DNA of 43,803 nucleotides from an uncultured Bacteroidales bacterium (GTDB lineage: Bacteria > Bacteroidota > Bacteroidia > Bacteroidales > Tenuifilaceae). The notes below the pieces were generated by a model that was not told where the DNA came from, ran no database searches, and saw only the letters and a program-made list of their open reading frames with translations. Where the stretch lies: NCBI GenBank assembly GCA_937915475.1, contig CALGIR010000004.1, positions 1-43,803 on the forward strand. Direction: 5' to 3'. Every line of letters starts with the position of its first letter. Positions within the stretch are counted from its first letter, which is position 1. Positions 9,503 through 19,903 of this stretch are shown piece by piece. The translations under genes were made by a program, and so were the position numbers.

Positions 9503-9536
9503 TCCCACAGCAAATAATATAAACCAAGAGCGAATA

Positions 9537-10313
9537 ATGCAACGAGTACGACCAAAAAAGCAGCTGGGGCAACACTTCCTTAACGACAAGAACATTGCCC
9601 AACGCATTGTTAGCAGTCTTGTGGCATGCAATGCCGATGCTATACTAGAAATTGGCCCTGGCATGGGAGTTCTTACCGATATTTTACTAAATAGATTTGG
9701 TGATAAACTGTTTGCTGCCGAAGTTGATATTGAGTCTATCGAATATTTAAACACTAAACTTCCACAGCTAAAGAACAGGTTGCTTCATGCTGATTTTTTG
9801 ACGTACAAACTTGATGCTATTTCAAGTGGCCAAATCGCAATTATTGGCAATTTCCCCTACAACATATCTTCGCAAATATTTTTTAAAGTTATTAAAAACA
9901 GGAATACGGTTACCGAGGTTGTGGGTATGGTTCAGCGCGAGGTTGGCCAACGAATTTGCGAACCCCCCGGTTCTAAAACATATGGTATTCTAAGTGTTTT
10001 ACTGCAAGCCTACTTTAATATAGAATACCTTTTTACGGTTAATGAAGGTGTGTTCACACCGCCGCCAAAGGTTAAATCGGCGGTTATTAGGCTAACCCGC
10101 AACAGCACAAGCACATTAAACTGCAATGAAAAACTGTTTCAAAAAGTAGTTAAAGCTGGATTTAACCAAAGGCGAAAAATGCTTCGCAACTCAATCCGTT
10201 CCGTTTTTGGCGATACTAAGGAGCCCCATCCACTTTTCGATAAACGCCCAGAGCAGCTTAGCGTTGGCGAGTTTATTGAGTTAACCAACCATATTGAAAG
10301 GCAATTTAGCTAA
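9537..10313 (+). CDS. rsmA: 16S rRNA adenine dimethyltransferase (KsgA)
   Basis: PKKQLGQHFL, LEIGPGMG, GNFPYNIS, FTPPPKVKSAVI, QRRKMLRNS. Confidence 0.97.
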   Translation: MQRVRPKKQLGQHFLNDKNIAQRIVSSLVACNADAILEIGPGMGVLTDILLNRFGDKLFAAEVDIESIEYLNTKLPQLKNRLLHADFLTYKLDAISSGQIAIIGNFPYNISSQIFFKVIKNRNTVTEVVGMVQREVGQRICEPPGSKTYGILSVLLQAYFNIEYLFTVNEGVFTPPPKVKSAVIRLTRNSTSTLNCNEKLFQKVVKAGFNQRRKMLRNSIRSVFGDTKEPHPLFDKRPEQLSVGEFIELTNHIERQFS

Positions 10314-11572
10314 GATTTAGTATTTATAGCTTCAACTGGACTTAACCTTGAAGCTTTCCGTGCAGGTGCATACCCTGAGATAATTCCGATTATACCCGAC
10401 ACCATTAAACCCAACAGTATATTGTCGAATGTTAAGGATATGGAGAAATCGGATAGATTGCTAACGAGGGTAGTACCAATAAAAATAAAAAAAAGCCCTA
10501 TTGCACCACCCGTAATTGACAGCAATACCGACTCGTATAAAAACTGCAAAAGAATAAAAGAATTTTTGGCTCCCAACGCTTTTTGAATTCCAATAATATT
10601 TGTTCGTTCTTTTACCGAAACAAACATGATATTAGCAATTCCAAAACCACCCACCAAAATAGAGAACCCACCAATAATCCAACCAGCTAAATTAATCATC
10701 ACAAAAATATTATCAATCCCCTGCTTTAACAGACTAACCTGATTAAGGGCAAAATTATCCTCCTCCAAGGGTTTGATCCTTCTAAATGTTCTTAATATCC
10801 CCCTTAGCTCATCAATTAGCTCATCGGTTGGCACACCATCCATGGCTTTTACCATTATGGTTAACCCTACCCTACGCATATCTACAAATGAGCGGGCAAA
10901 ACCAATAGGTATAATCGCTAGGTTGTCATGGCTTTCATCGCCTATAGCCGATTTACCCTCCTTCTTTAAAACTCCAATAACCTCCACATTATAGCCTCCA
11001 ATTTTCAGGGTTTCTCCTACTGCATTTGACCCCAAAAACAGTTCATTGGCCAACTCACTTCCTAACACAGCAAGATGCCTTCCCGAAGTTAGTTCAAAAG
11101 GCGAGAAGTATCGGCCTTCGGAAACCTCAAAGGATCTGATATCCTCATACTGTTCCGATATGGACAATATTTGAGAACTAGGAGCCGAGTTTTTACTGTA
11201 TTTAACCATCGACCTAAAACTGAGCATTATAGCAGAAGAATTTGCAAATTGACTGCGCAACCTAATCTCTGCCAAATCATCAACCGAAGGCTGGGGCCGA
11301 TTTACATACTTCCACCAAGGAAGCATACCCATTGACCAGGGCCACTTTTGAACGTACACCACATTATCGCCAAGTGATTCGAGGCTATCCCGAACATTCT
11401 TTTCCAACGAATCGAGAATTGTAAAAACGGAAATAATGGCAAATATTCCAATGGTAATTCCAAAAAGCGAAAGAAAAGTGCGCATCTTATTTACTCTAAT
11501 TGACTGATATGCAAAATTCATGCTCTCACGCATAACCTTCATTAGAATTACCATAGATTTAATCTGTTTCAT
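10310..11572 (-). CDS. ABC transporter permease, MacB/FtsX family
   Basis: NKMRTFLSLFGITIGI, large periplasmic domain, GGFGIANIMFVSVKERT.IGI.KALGA, PARKASRLSPVEA. Alternative start at 11554. Confidence 0.92.
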   Translation of the reverse strand: MKQIKSMVILMKVMRESMNFAYQSIRVNKMRTFLSLFGITIGIFAIISVFTILDSLEKNVRDSLESLGDNVVYVQKWPWSMGMLPWWKYVNRPQPSVDDLAEIRLRSQFANSSAIMLSFRSMVKYSKNSAPSSQILSISEQYEDIRSFEVSEGRYFSPFELTSGRHLAVLGSELANELFLGSNAVGETLKIGGYNVEVIGVLKKEGKSAIGDESHDNLAIIPIGFARSFVDMRRVGLTIMVKAMDGVPTDELIDELRGILRTFRRIKPLEEDNFALNQVSLLKQGIDNIFVMINLAGWIIGGFSILVGGFGIANIMFVSVKERTNIIGIQKALGAKNSFILLQFLYESVLLSITGGAIGLFFIFIGTTLVSNLSDFSISLTFDNILLGLMVSGIIGIISGYAPARKASRLSPVEAINTKS

Positions 11573-11626
11573 GCTACTCTTTTAGGAGAAAAGATTTGTT
11601 CAATACAAATATTTCGGTTTATTCTC

Positions 11627-11634
11627 CAAAGGTA
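11627..11634 (-). promoter_or_regulatory. Bacteroidetes -7 element (TACCTTTG) for the ABC permease gene
   Basis: TAnnTTTG about 55 nt upstream of the start. Confidence 0.55.
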
Positions 11635-11790
11635 TAAAAAGCGAATTAAAAAAATAGGTAACATATTGTTAATTTATACCCGTTTGAGAGTGGAAAATTC
11701 GAAGCTTTTAGCCATTTTTGTACCTAGTTTAAGCGTACTTTTATACCTAACCCAACAATCAAGCGCCTTAAGCGATTGACAGACAAACGA

Positions 11791-13308
11791 ATGAAACAAA
11801 TTAAAACAGCACTCATCTCTGTTTACCATAAGGATGGTTTAAGCGAAATCGTTCAACTCTTAAACAGATTTAACGTTAAGATATTTTCAACTGGTGGCAC
11901 ACTCCAATTTATTGAAGATACTGAAGTTAAAGCCGAGTCCGTTGAAAGCCTAACAGGCTATCCTTCTATTCTTGGGGGTCGTGTTAAAACGCTACACCCC
12001 AAAGTTTTTGGTGGACTGCTTGCACGTAGAGAAAATGAGGATGACCTTTCCCAGCTTAAGGAGTACGAAATTCCTGAAATTGATCTGGTTATAGTTGACC
12101 TCTACCCTTTTGAGCAAACTGTTGCGCAAGGGTCATCGGAACAAGATATTATTGAAAAAATTGACATCGGAGGCATTTCTCTCATACGAGCTGCTGCCAA
12201 AAATTACAGGGATGTTCTGATTGTTTCGTCGAGAAATCAGTATAAAAAACTGGCAAACATACTTGATGCAAGCAAGTGCAGCACATCCATTGAGCAGAGA
12301 AAGCATTTCGCCCTTGAGGCTTTCAATACATCAAGCCATTACGATAGCGCAATTTTCAACTACTTTCAGCAGGATGCAGAGCCCATAGCATTTAAGCAAA
12401 GTACACAACATGCAAAAACGCTTAGGTATGGTGAGAACCCTCATCAATCTGGCATGTTTTACGGAGATTTAGCCAAAGTCTTTACTCAGCTGCATGGAAA
12501 AGAAATATCATACAATAACCTGCTCGACATTGATGCTGCCATCAATCTAATTGCAGAATTTAGCCAGCCCACCGTTGCAATCCTTAAGCACAACAACGCA
12601 TGCGGATTGGCAACCAGAAACAACCTACTACATGCATGGACGGATGCCCTATCAGGCGATCCAGTCTCAGCATTTGGTGGCGTTATAATTACGAATAAAC
12701 CCATTGATGAAAGCGTTGCAAAAGAGATGGACAAACTCTTTTTGGAGGTACTTATTGCGCCAGAATTTGACGAAGGAGCACTAAAAATACTAAAATCAAA
12801 AAAGAACAGAATATTATTACAGCTCAACAAGGAGTGCCTCCAGCCAAAACAGTTCCGAAGCATACTAAATGGAGTTCTGGCCCAGGACAGGGACACCAAA
12901 AGCGAAACCAGAGAAGACCTCGAAGTTGTTACCCAACAAAATCTGACAGAACAGGAGATTACCGACTTGCTATTTGCCAATATCATTGTAAAGCACTCTA
13001 AATCGAACGCCATTGTTCTGGCTAAAAACGGACAACTTATAGCCAGTGGAGTTGGGCAAACGTCAAGGGTTGATGCGCTAAAGCATGCTATTAAAAAGGC
13101 TAAAGGTTTTAAGTTTGATTTAAAGGGTGCAGTTATGGCATCGGACGCATTTTTCCCCTTTGCTGATTCTATTGAAATTGCCCATAATGCTGGTATTACA
13201 GCAGTAATTCAGCCTGGGGGTTCGGTTCGCGATAAGGAAACAATTGAATACTGCAACAGCAATAAAATTGCAATGGTATTTACAGGGATAAGGCATTTTA
13301 AACATTAG
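11791..13308 (+). CDS. purH: Bifunctional AICAR formyltransferase/IMP cyclohydrolase
   Basis: ALISVYHK, GGRVKTLHP, IDIGGISL, LRYGENPHQ, ASDAFFPF, RHFKH. ATG 11791 preferred over TTG 11776. Confidence 0.97.
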   Translation: MKQIKTALISVYHKDGLSEIVQLLNRFNVKIFSTGGTLQFIEDTEVKAESVESLTGYPSILGGRVKTLHPKVFGGLLARRENEDDLSQLKEYEIPEIDLVIVDLYPFEQTVAQGSSEQDIIEKIDIGGISLIRAAAKNYRDVLIVSSRNQYKKLANILDASKCSTSIEQRKHFALEAFNTSSHYDSAIFNYFQQDAEPIAFKQSTQHAKTLRYGENPHQSGMFYGDLAKVFTQLHGKEISYNNLLDIDAAINLIAEFSQPTVAILKHNNACGLATRNNLLHAWTDALSGDPVSAFGGVIITNKPIDESVAKEMDKLFLEVLIAPEFDEGALKILKSKKNRILLQLNKECLQPKQFRSILNGVLAQDRDTKSETREDLEVVTQQNLTEQEITDLLFANIIVKHSKSNAIVLAKNGQLIASGVGQTSRVDALKHAIKKAKGFKFDLKGAVMASDAFFPFADSIEIAHNAGITAVIQPGGSVRDKETIEYCNSNKIAMVFTGIRHFKH

Positions 13309-13335
13309 TAAAAACAACTTTACACACTACAATAA

Positions 13336-14358
13336 ATGGGACTATTTTCATTCTTCACACAAGAGCTTGCAATCGACCTTGGTACAGCTAATACGATTAT
13401 TATCTATAATGATAAAGTTGTAGTTGACCAGCCATCAATTGTTGCAATCGACCAAGCAACCGGCAAACTTATAGCCATTGGTGAAAAAGCTCGCCAGATG
13501 CATGGTAAAACTCACGAGAATATCAGAACCATCAGACCGCTACGCGATGGTGTTATTGCAGATTTTAACGCTGCCGAGCAGATGATAAGAGGCCTGATAA
13601 AGATGATGAACACCAAGAGTCGTCTTTTTACCCCTTCGCTCAGAATGGTAATTTGTATACCTAGCGGAAGTACTGAGGTTGAGATTCGTGCCGTACGCGA
13701 CTCAGCAGAACATGCAGGCGGCCGTGATGTATATATGATTTATGAGCCCATGGCTGCTGCATTAGGTATTGGACTTGACGTGGAAGCCCCCAATGGATGT
13801 ATGGTAGTTGATATTGGAGGCGGCACATCAGAAATTGCAGTTATTGGCCTTGGTGGAATTGTTTGCAACCAATCTGTTAGGTTTGCTGGTGATGCTTTTA
13901 CAGCCGATATTCAGGCCTACATGAGGCATCAACATAACATCAAAATTGGGGATAGAACAGCAGAAGACATTAAAATTGCAGTTGGCTCTGCACTTCCAGA
14001 TCTTGAGGATCAGCCATCGGACTACATAGCCCGAGGCCCAAACCTGATGACAGCCTTACCCATTGAGATTCCAATATCGTACCAGGAAATTGCACACTGC
14101 CTCGACAAATCGATTTCGAAGGTGGAAACCGCCATACTCAGCGTACTAGAGCAAACGCCCCCCGAACTTTATTCAGACATAGTTCAATCGGGAATTTACC
14201 TTGCTGGTGGTGGTGCGCTACTTAGAGGTTTAGACAAAAGACTTAGCGATAAGATAAACATACCATTCCATGTTGCTGAAGATCCCCTTCACGCAGTAGC
14301 AAGGGGAACGGGTATAGCGCTAAAAAATGTGGGTAGATTCCAATTCCTAATGAGGTAA
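13336..14358 (+). CDS. mreB: Rod shape-determining protein MreB
   Basis: AIDLGTANT, EPMAAALG, VDIGGGT, LAGGGALLRG. Confidence 0.97.
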   Translation: MGLFSFFTQELAIDLGTANTIIIYNDKVVVDQPSIVAIDQATGKLIAIGEKARQMHGKTHENIRTIRPLRDGVIADFNAAEQMIRGLIKMMNTKSRLFTPSLRMVICIPSGSTEVEIRAVRDSAEHAGGRDVYMIYEPMAAALGIGLDVEAPNGCMVVDIGGGTSEIAVIGLGGIVCNQSVRFAGDAFTADIQAYMRHQHNIKIGDRTAEDIKIAVGSALPDLEDQPSDYIARGPNLMTALPIEIPISYQEIAHCLDKSISKVETAILSVLEQTPPELYSDIVQSGIYLAGGGALLRGLDKRLSDKINIPFHVAEDPLHAVARGTGIALKNVGRFQFLMR

Positions 14359-14405
14359 CCAAGCCTGGCTTTTTGATACCATTGAACTGAACGTTTTAAA
14401 GTAAA

Positions 14406-15221
14406 ATGAACAATCTACTTCGCTTTATCGATAAACACCAGTTTGTTTTACTATTCTTAGTACTCGAAATTTTTTCACTTTGGCTACTGAGCAATCATAC
14501 CTATTACCAAAAATCTAAGATTGAAAACGTTGCACGCTCAATTTCAGGCTATGCAAACTTTAAAATTGATAATACTCGCAGTTACTTTAGGCTAAAGGAA
14601 ACTAATAGTGTACTATCACAAGAGAACTTAAGGCTACGAAAGCAGGTTGCTGTGCTATCAGCAAAAATTGAAACCCTGCACGAAACATTGGCTGATACTA
14701 TTGTTGACTCGGTTTACCTGTATAGCCCTGCAAAAATTATAAATAACTCTACAAATAAGCAGTACAATTACCTAACCTTAAATAAGGGTAGCAACCACGG
14801 TGTGGAAACTGAGATGGGAGTAATAACAAATAATGGTATAGTTGGAATTGTTGCAGGTGTATCACCAAACTATTCTACCGTTATATCCCTTTTAAATATA
14901 GATTTAAAAATATCTGCAAAGCTAAAAAAGAGTAACCATTTCGGATCGCTCTACTGGGAAGGAAAAAACTACCAACAGGTTATACTTAGTGACATTCCGC
15001 AGCATGTCCCAATAAGTGTGGGTGATACGATTACTTCTAGTGAATTCTCATCTATTTTTCCAGAGAATATTCCCATCGGGACAATTAACTCCTTTAGTAG
15101 CATAGGATCTAACTTTCACACCATAAAAGTGGACTTATTTAGAGATTTTAAGGAGCTTTACAACGTGTGGCTCGTATCAAATAAACACAAGGAAGAAAGA
15201 AAACAATTAGAAGGTATATAA
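14406..15221 (+). CDS. mreC: Rod shape-determining protein MreC
   Basis: N-terminal TM, coiled coil (ENLRLR), LNKGS..GV...MGV...GIVG; follows mreB. Confidence 0.93.
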   Translation: MNNLLRFIDKHQFVLLFLVLEIFSLWLLSNHTYYQKSKIENVARSISGYANFKIDNTRSYFRLKETNSVLSQENLRLRKQVAVLSAKIETLHETLADTIVDSVYLYSPAKIINNSTNKQYNYLTLNKGSNHGVETEMGVITNNGIVGIVAGVSPNYSTVISLLNIDLKISAKLKKSNHFGSLYWEGKNYQQVILSDIPQHVPISVGDTITSSEFSSIFPENIPIGTINSFSSIGSNFHTIKVDLFRDFKELYNVWLVSNKHKEERKQLEGI

Positions 15222-15234
15222 AACTAAGGGCTTC

Positions 15235-15741
15235 ATGGGAAAGAATATTTTTAGATTTTTTGGGTTGTTCATTATTTTGATGCTGCTTCAGCTTCTTTTT
15301 TTCAATAACATCCAGCTGAGCGGTTACATCAATCCATACATCTATGTAATGTTCATTCTGGTTTTACCCTACGGAATATCAGGCTGGCTCCTTCTGATTA
15401 TTGGTTTTTTAACGGGTCTCACAGTTGATACCTTTATGAATACCTTTGGCATACACTCATCAGCTACACTACTAATGGCATTTTTACGCCCATACGTTCT
15501 AAGACTTTTTACTGACCGCGAAGGTATAGGCCAAATGGGTAATCCATCCATAAGAGTAAATGGGTTCGCATGGTTCCTAAAGTATAGCATTACCCTTATT
15601 TTTATGCACCATTTAAGCCTGTTCTTCATTGAATCATTTACTTTTTCTAGCTTTGCTCACACCTTTATAAGGGTAATTCTTAGCACATTGGTTACAACAA
15701 CGTTCATCCTCATTGGTCAGTTTTTAACCTTAAAGAAATAG
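15235..15741 (+). CDS. mreD: Rod shape-determining protein MreD
   Basis: Polytopic membrane protein with GLTVDTF..TFGIH; located between mreC and PBP2. Confidence 0.9.
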   Translation: MGKNIFRFFGLFIILMLLQLLFFNNIQLSGYINPYIYVMFILVLPYGISGWLLLIIGFLTGLTVDTFMNTFGIHSSATLLMAFLRPYVLRLFTDREGIGQMGNPSIRVNGFAWFLKYSITLIFMHHLSLFFIESFTFSSFAHTFIRVILSTLVTTTFILIGQFLTLKK

Positions 15742-15748
15742 CACTACT

Positions 15749-17593
15749 TTGCAGCTCGCTAGTAACAATAGACAATATATTATTTCAGGAATAATAATTA
15801 TCGTATTCCTTACCATAACCATTCGCCTATTTTTCCTCCAGGTTATAGAACGATCATACAGGCTTTCCGCAAGCAATAATGTACTTCGCTACATTACTCA
15901 ATACCCCGCTCGCGGCTTAATTTACGACAGGAACGGCGAATTGCTAGTATTCAATCAGGCCGCTTACGACCTTATGGTAATTCCCAGACAAAATCTACCT
16001 TTCGACACCGTAGAATTCTGCAACATCCTAGGCATCAACAAAAAACAACTTGACAACAGGCTTAATGAGGCAAGGGCTCACTCATCATTCCGCCCTTCAA
16101 TCTTCATAAAACAGGTTTCAGCCGAAGACTACGCCAGATTACAAGAAAAACTCTTCAAATTCCCGGGATTTTATGTGCAACCCCGTACACTCAGAGCTTA
16201 TCCCAATAGCATTGGAGCACACTTTTTGGGCTACGTTGGTGAAGTAGATGATCGTAAAATACGCGAAAACTCCTACTACAGAATGGGAGATTACATTGGC
16301 ATTAGCGGACTTGAACGAACCTTCGAGGAGGAACTACGCGGAAAAAAGGGCGTTAACGTTTATCTGGTTGATGTGCACAACAGAATTAAGGGATCGTATG
16401 CTGAGGGCAAATATGACACGCTTGCTGTACTAGGAAAAGAACTTACAGCGAGTATCGACATTGAACTTCAGAAGTTTGGCGAAGAGTTAATGCGGAATAA
16501 GTTAGGTGGAATCGTTGCTATTGAACCTAACACTGGCGAAATACTCGCCATGATATCAAGCCCAAACTATGACCCAAATCTACTGGTGGGTCGTCCTCGT
16601 ACAGCAAACTTTAAAGACTTGGATTCTGACACATTAAAGCCTCTATTTAACAGGGCACTAATGGCCTTGTATCCACCAGGATCGACATTTAAGATTGTAA
16701 ATGCATTGATTGGTCTTGAAGAAAAGACAGTATTCCCTCAAACAAAATACTTCTGCGATGGAGGATACCGAGTTGGCAGAGGGGTTGGCTGTCATTACCA
16801 TCCTTCACCAACCGATTTAGTAAAGTCCATACAGGTATCGTGCAACACCTATTACTGCCATGTTTTCCGAAACATCATTGATAAACCATCTCATGGTGGA
16901 GTAGAGCAAGGGTTTACCGTATGGAAAAACCATGTTGAATCGTTTGGCTTTGGCAAGAGGCTTAACATCGATCAGCCCAACGAACTTGCAGGAACTGTTC
17001 CCAGCATCGAGTTTTACGATAGATACTTTAGGAAGGGTGGCTGGAGTTCTCTCACAATTCTATCACTTGCTATTGGACAGGGTGAATTAGGAACCACTCC
17101 TTTACAAATGGCTAATATGACCGCTGCCATTGCCAATAAAGGATGGTATTACACACCTCATTTTGTGAAGGAGATTGATGGCCAGCCAAATATTGAACCT
17201 CGGTTTAAGGTTAAAAACTATACAACCATTGACTCTCTTTGGTACAACTATATTATTGAAGGTATGTACCTTGCAGTAAACGGAGAACCTGGTAGTGGTA
17301 GTACTGCACGAATAGCGGCACTTCCAGATATTGAAGTATGCGGAAAAACAGGCACTTCACAAAATCCCCATGGCAAAGATCACTCTGTTTTTGTAGCCTT
17401 TGCCCCTAAAGACAATCCTCAAATTGCAGTTGCAGCATTTATTGAGAATGCTGGTTTTGGAGCTACATGGGCAGCACCCATTGCCAGCCTTATGATTGAG
17501 AAATACCTAACCGGAGAGGTTAAGCGGAAATGGTTAGAACAACGAATGATGGATGCAACTCTAATAGATAAAAGTGAAAAGAAGAAGCAATAA
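15749..17593 (+). CDS. mrdA: Penicillin-binding protein 2
   Basis: RGLIYDRNG, GSTFK (SxxK), SCN (SxN), GKTGT; mre operon context. Confidence 0.95.
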   Translation: MQLASNNRQYIISGIIIIVFLTITIRLFFLQVIERSYRLSASNNVLRYITQYPARGLIYDRNGELLVFNQAAYDLMVIPRQNLPFDTVEFCNILGINKKQLDNRLNEARAHSSFRPSIFIKQVSAEDYARLQEKLFKFPGFYVQPRTLRAYPNSIGAHFLGYVGEVDDRKIRENSYYRMGDYIGISGLERTFEEELRGKKGVNVYLVDVHNRIKGSYAEGKYDTLAVLGKELTASIDIELQKFGEELMRNKLGGIVAIEPNTGEILAMISSPNYDPNLLVGRPRTANFKDLDSDTLKPLFNRALMALYPPGSTFKIVNALIGLEEKTVFPQTKYFCDGGYRVGRGVGCHYHPSPTDLVKSIQVSCNTYYCHVFRNIIDKPSHGGVEQGFTVWKNHVESFGFGKRLNIDQPNELAGTVPSIEFYDRYFRKGGWSSLTILSLAIGQGELGTTPLQMANMTAAIANKGWYYTPHFVKEIDGQPNIEPRFKVKNYTTIDSLWYNYIIEGMYLAVNGEPGSGSTARIAALPDIEVCGKTGTSQNPHGKDHSVFVAFAPKDNPQIAVAAFIENAGFGATWAAPIASLMIEKYLTGEVKRKWLEQRMMDATLIDKSEKKKQ

Positions 17594-18992
17594 CATAGCC
17601 CGTTGGCTCGATTGGCCAGTAGTAATTATTTTTCTAACCCTACTATTAATGGGTTGGCTAAACATATACGCTGCTGTATTCTCTGAGGAGCATACGAGTA
17701 TTTTCGATACTTCGCAACAATACGGCATGCAGCTAATATGGATTATTGCAACTTTACTTATTGCCATTGTTATTCTTACCATCGACTCAAGATTTTACGT
17801 GGTATTTGCTAACTTCTTCTACTTTATAGTACTAGGAGTACTTGTCTTTGTTATCTTCTTTGGCGTTGAAGTTAACGCATCAAAATCGTGGATACAGCTA
17901 GGAGGGTTAAGAATCCAACCAGCCGAGTTTGCTAAGTTTGCTACAAGTTTAGCTCTGGCAAAATACATGAGTTCGTATGGATTTAAACTTGGCTCTCTAA
18001 AATCATACATCAAAACTTCGCTAATAGTTTTAGCCCCAGTTGTACTAATTCTTTTGCAAAACGATGCAGGAAGCGCAATGGTGTTCACCGCTTTTGTTTG
18101 GGTTTTTTATAGCGAAGGTATGCCCCACTGGGTTTTAGCATTTATTGGTTTTATGATTACACTATTTTTGCTTGTACTTATCCTAAACAAGTACATAATA
18201 CTATTGGGGCTTGTACTTTTAACCCTAATTCTTTTTGCATTAATTAGTAAGGATTACAAAAATGCTGTTCGTTTCTCAATAGGCCTTTTTGGGCTAACAG
18301 CGGTTCTGTATGGGGTATCGGAATTTTTCGACCTAAGCATATCGCCCTATTACCTTATTTTGATACCCATTGCCATCTCAATTCCCGCTGTAATTATTTA
18401 CACCTATCTTAATAAAGCAAGACACGTTCTAGTACTGCTACTCTTTTTTATCACTGCCTCCACTTTTAGTTTTAGCGTTAACTATATATTTAATAACGTA
18501 CTCGCCATTCACCACAGAGATAGAATAAACGATTTGCTAGGTATTGAAACCGACCCACTTGGCTGGGGGTACAATGTAAATCAATCTAAAATAGCCATAG
18601 GTTCGGGTGGATTAACAGGCAAAGGTTTTCTTAAAGGCACGCAAACAAAGTACAATTTTGTACCAGAGCAAAGCACTGATTTTATTTTCTGTACTGTTGG
18701 TGAAGAATGGGGCTTTGTTGGATCGGTTGTTGTAATTGGACTCTTTCTTGCTTTGCTTCTAAGGCTAATAGTTCTTGCCGAAAGGCAAAAAGAGGCCTTC
18801 GCTAGAATATACGGATATGGCGTAGTGTCAATTCTCTTCTTTCATATAACCGTTAACCTTGCAATGACCATAGGTCTTTTTCCTGTTATTGGGATTCCAT
18901 TGCCCTTTTTCAGTTACGGAGGTTCATCCTTATGGTCATTCACTATCCTTCTCTTTATTTTCCTTAAGCTCGATAGCTCCCGCCTTGATTAG
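17574..18992 (+). CDS. rodA: Rod shape-determining protein RodA (SEDS)
   Basis: IQPAEFAK, QSKIAIGSGG..GKG, PEQSTDFIF, GIPLPFFSYGGSS; GTG start overlapping mrdA. Confidence 0.95.
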   Translation: MKRRSNNIARWLDWPVVIIFLTLLLMGWLNIYAAVFSEEHTSIFDTSQQYGMQLIWIIATLLIAIVILTIDSRFYVVFANFFYFIVLGVLVFVIFFGVEVNASKSWIQLGGLRIQPAEFAKFATSLALAKYMSSYGFKLGSLKSYIKTSLIVLAPVVLILLQNDAGSAMVFTAFVWVFYSEGMPHWVLAFIGFMITLFLLVLILNKYIILLGLVLLTLILFALISKDYKNAVRFSIGLFGLTAVLYGVSEFFDLSISPYYLILIPIAISIPAVIIYTYLNKARHVLVLLLFFITASTFSFSVNYIFNNVLAIHHRDRINDLLGIETDPLGWGYNVNQSKIAIGSGGLTGKGFLKGTQTKYNFVPEQSTDFIFCTVGEEWGFVGSVVVIGLFLALLLRLIVLAERQKEAFARIYGYGVVSILFFHITVNLAMTIGLFPVIGIPLPFFSYGGSSLWSFTILLFIFLKLDSSRLD

Positions 18993-19595
18993 GTCCTCAT
19001 CCCAACCCGAAGGAACAATGTTGTATTCCTCCTTAATATAATCGATAATATCGGGGAAAAAAATTAAAAACTGATCCCTAATAAACGAGTAATTATATAT
19101 TAAGGTTTCAATTGCAAACTCAGTCCTATCAGGCAAAGAGGTTACCCTACTCATAATCTGAAGCGTTTGCTCCATACCTTCAATCTTGTGATAGCTATAC
19201 AGCCTATTGGTTTGGATTAGTAGAGGCAAAACACCTCGCACCTTTTTGGGCAACTCTCTGTATCGCAAAATCATTTGGTAGTAAAACTTGCGCGTAAAAC
19301 CTTTTAATGGGAATGGGGAAAATGTTGCCCAATACCTAGCCAAAAAGTGGTCGAAAAACACATCTACAACAACACCAGCATACTTTCTGTATCCTTCTCT
19401 AAAAAGTTGTCGAACCTCAAATGTTGCAGGGTGGGTATCAGTATAAAAATCAATGGCTCTATGGATAAATATTCCTTTTTGCACTCCGTCGGCATAGCGT
19501 TCCAGTGAGCGCCCCTTTACATAATCGCCAATAAAATTCCCCATCCTTGTATCTACATTATCGCCCGACAGGTATAGGTGTGCAAGAAAATTCAT
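18936..19595 (-). CDS. acpH: ACP phosphodiesterase
   Basis: MNFLAHLYLS, GNFIGDYVKG, HRAIDFYTDTHP, DVFFDHFLA. Confidence 0.92.
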   Translation of the reverse strand: MNFLAHLYLSGDNVDTRMGNFIGDYVKGRSLERYADGVQKGIFIHRAIDFYTDTHPATFEVRQLFREGYRKYAGVVVDVFFDHFLARYWATFSPFPLKGFTRKFYYQMILRYRELPKKVRGVLPLLIQTNRLYSYHKIEGMEQTLQIMSRVTSLPDRTEFAIETLIYNYSFIRDQFLIFFPDIIDYIKEEYNIVPSGWDEDLIKAGAIELKENKEKDSE

Positions 19596-19753
19596 GGTAT
19601 TTTTGACAAGTTAATGAAAAAACGGCAAAATGCTAGGTTTGCCAATTGGTTATTAAACAAATATCGAGCCAACAAGTTTGAGTGTCAACTAATAAAGAGT
19701 TAACAACCTTACAATTAACCAAAAGCAGGTTACAGAAAGTTTATTCGAAAATT

Positions 19754-19785
19754 TTTGTTAAAATAAAAAAAAGCATATACCTTTG
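19754..19785 (+). promoter_or_regulatory. Bacteroidetes sigma-A promoter for tRNA-Leu
   Basis: TTTG 19754-19757, 20-nt spacer, TACCTTTG 19778-19785. Confidence 0.8.
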
Positions 19786-19795
19786 CACCCTGATT

Positions 19796-19877
19796 GCGGA
19801 TATGGCGTAATTGGTAGCCGCGCTAGACTTAGGATCTAGTGTCGAAAGACGTGGGGGTTCGAGTCCCTTTATCCGCA
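19796..19877 (+). tRNA. tRNA-Leu (anticodon TAG)
   Basis: GCGGATA/TATCCGC acceptor stem, CTAGA-CTTAGGA-TCTAG anticodon arm, variable arm GTC-GAAA-GAC, TTCGAGT T-loop; CCA not encoded. Confidence 0.97.
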
Positions 19878-19878
19878 C

Positions 19879-19903
19879 AAACCCAGCAAATGCTGGGTTT
19901 TTT
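19879..19903 (+). terminator. Intrinsic terminator after tRNA-Leu
   Basis: AAACCCAGC-AAAT-GCTGGGTTT stem-loop followed by a T-run. Confidence 0.85.

Noticed and set aside
11573-11790. ZTP or purine riboswitch upstream of purH
   Set aside because: AT-rich divergent promoter region with no recognisable aptamer consensus.
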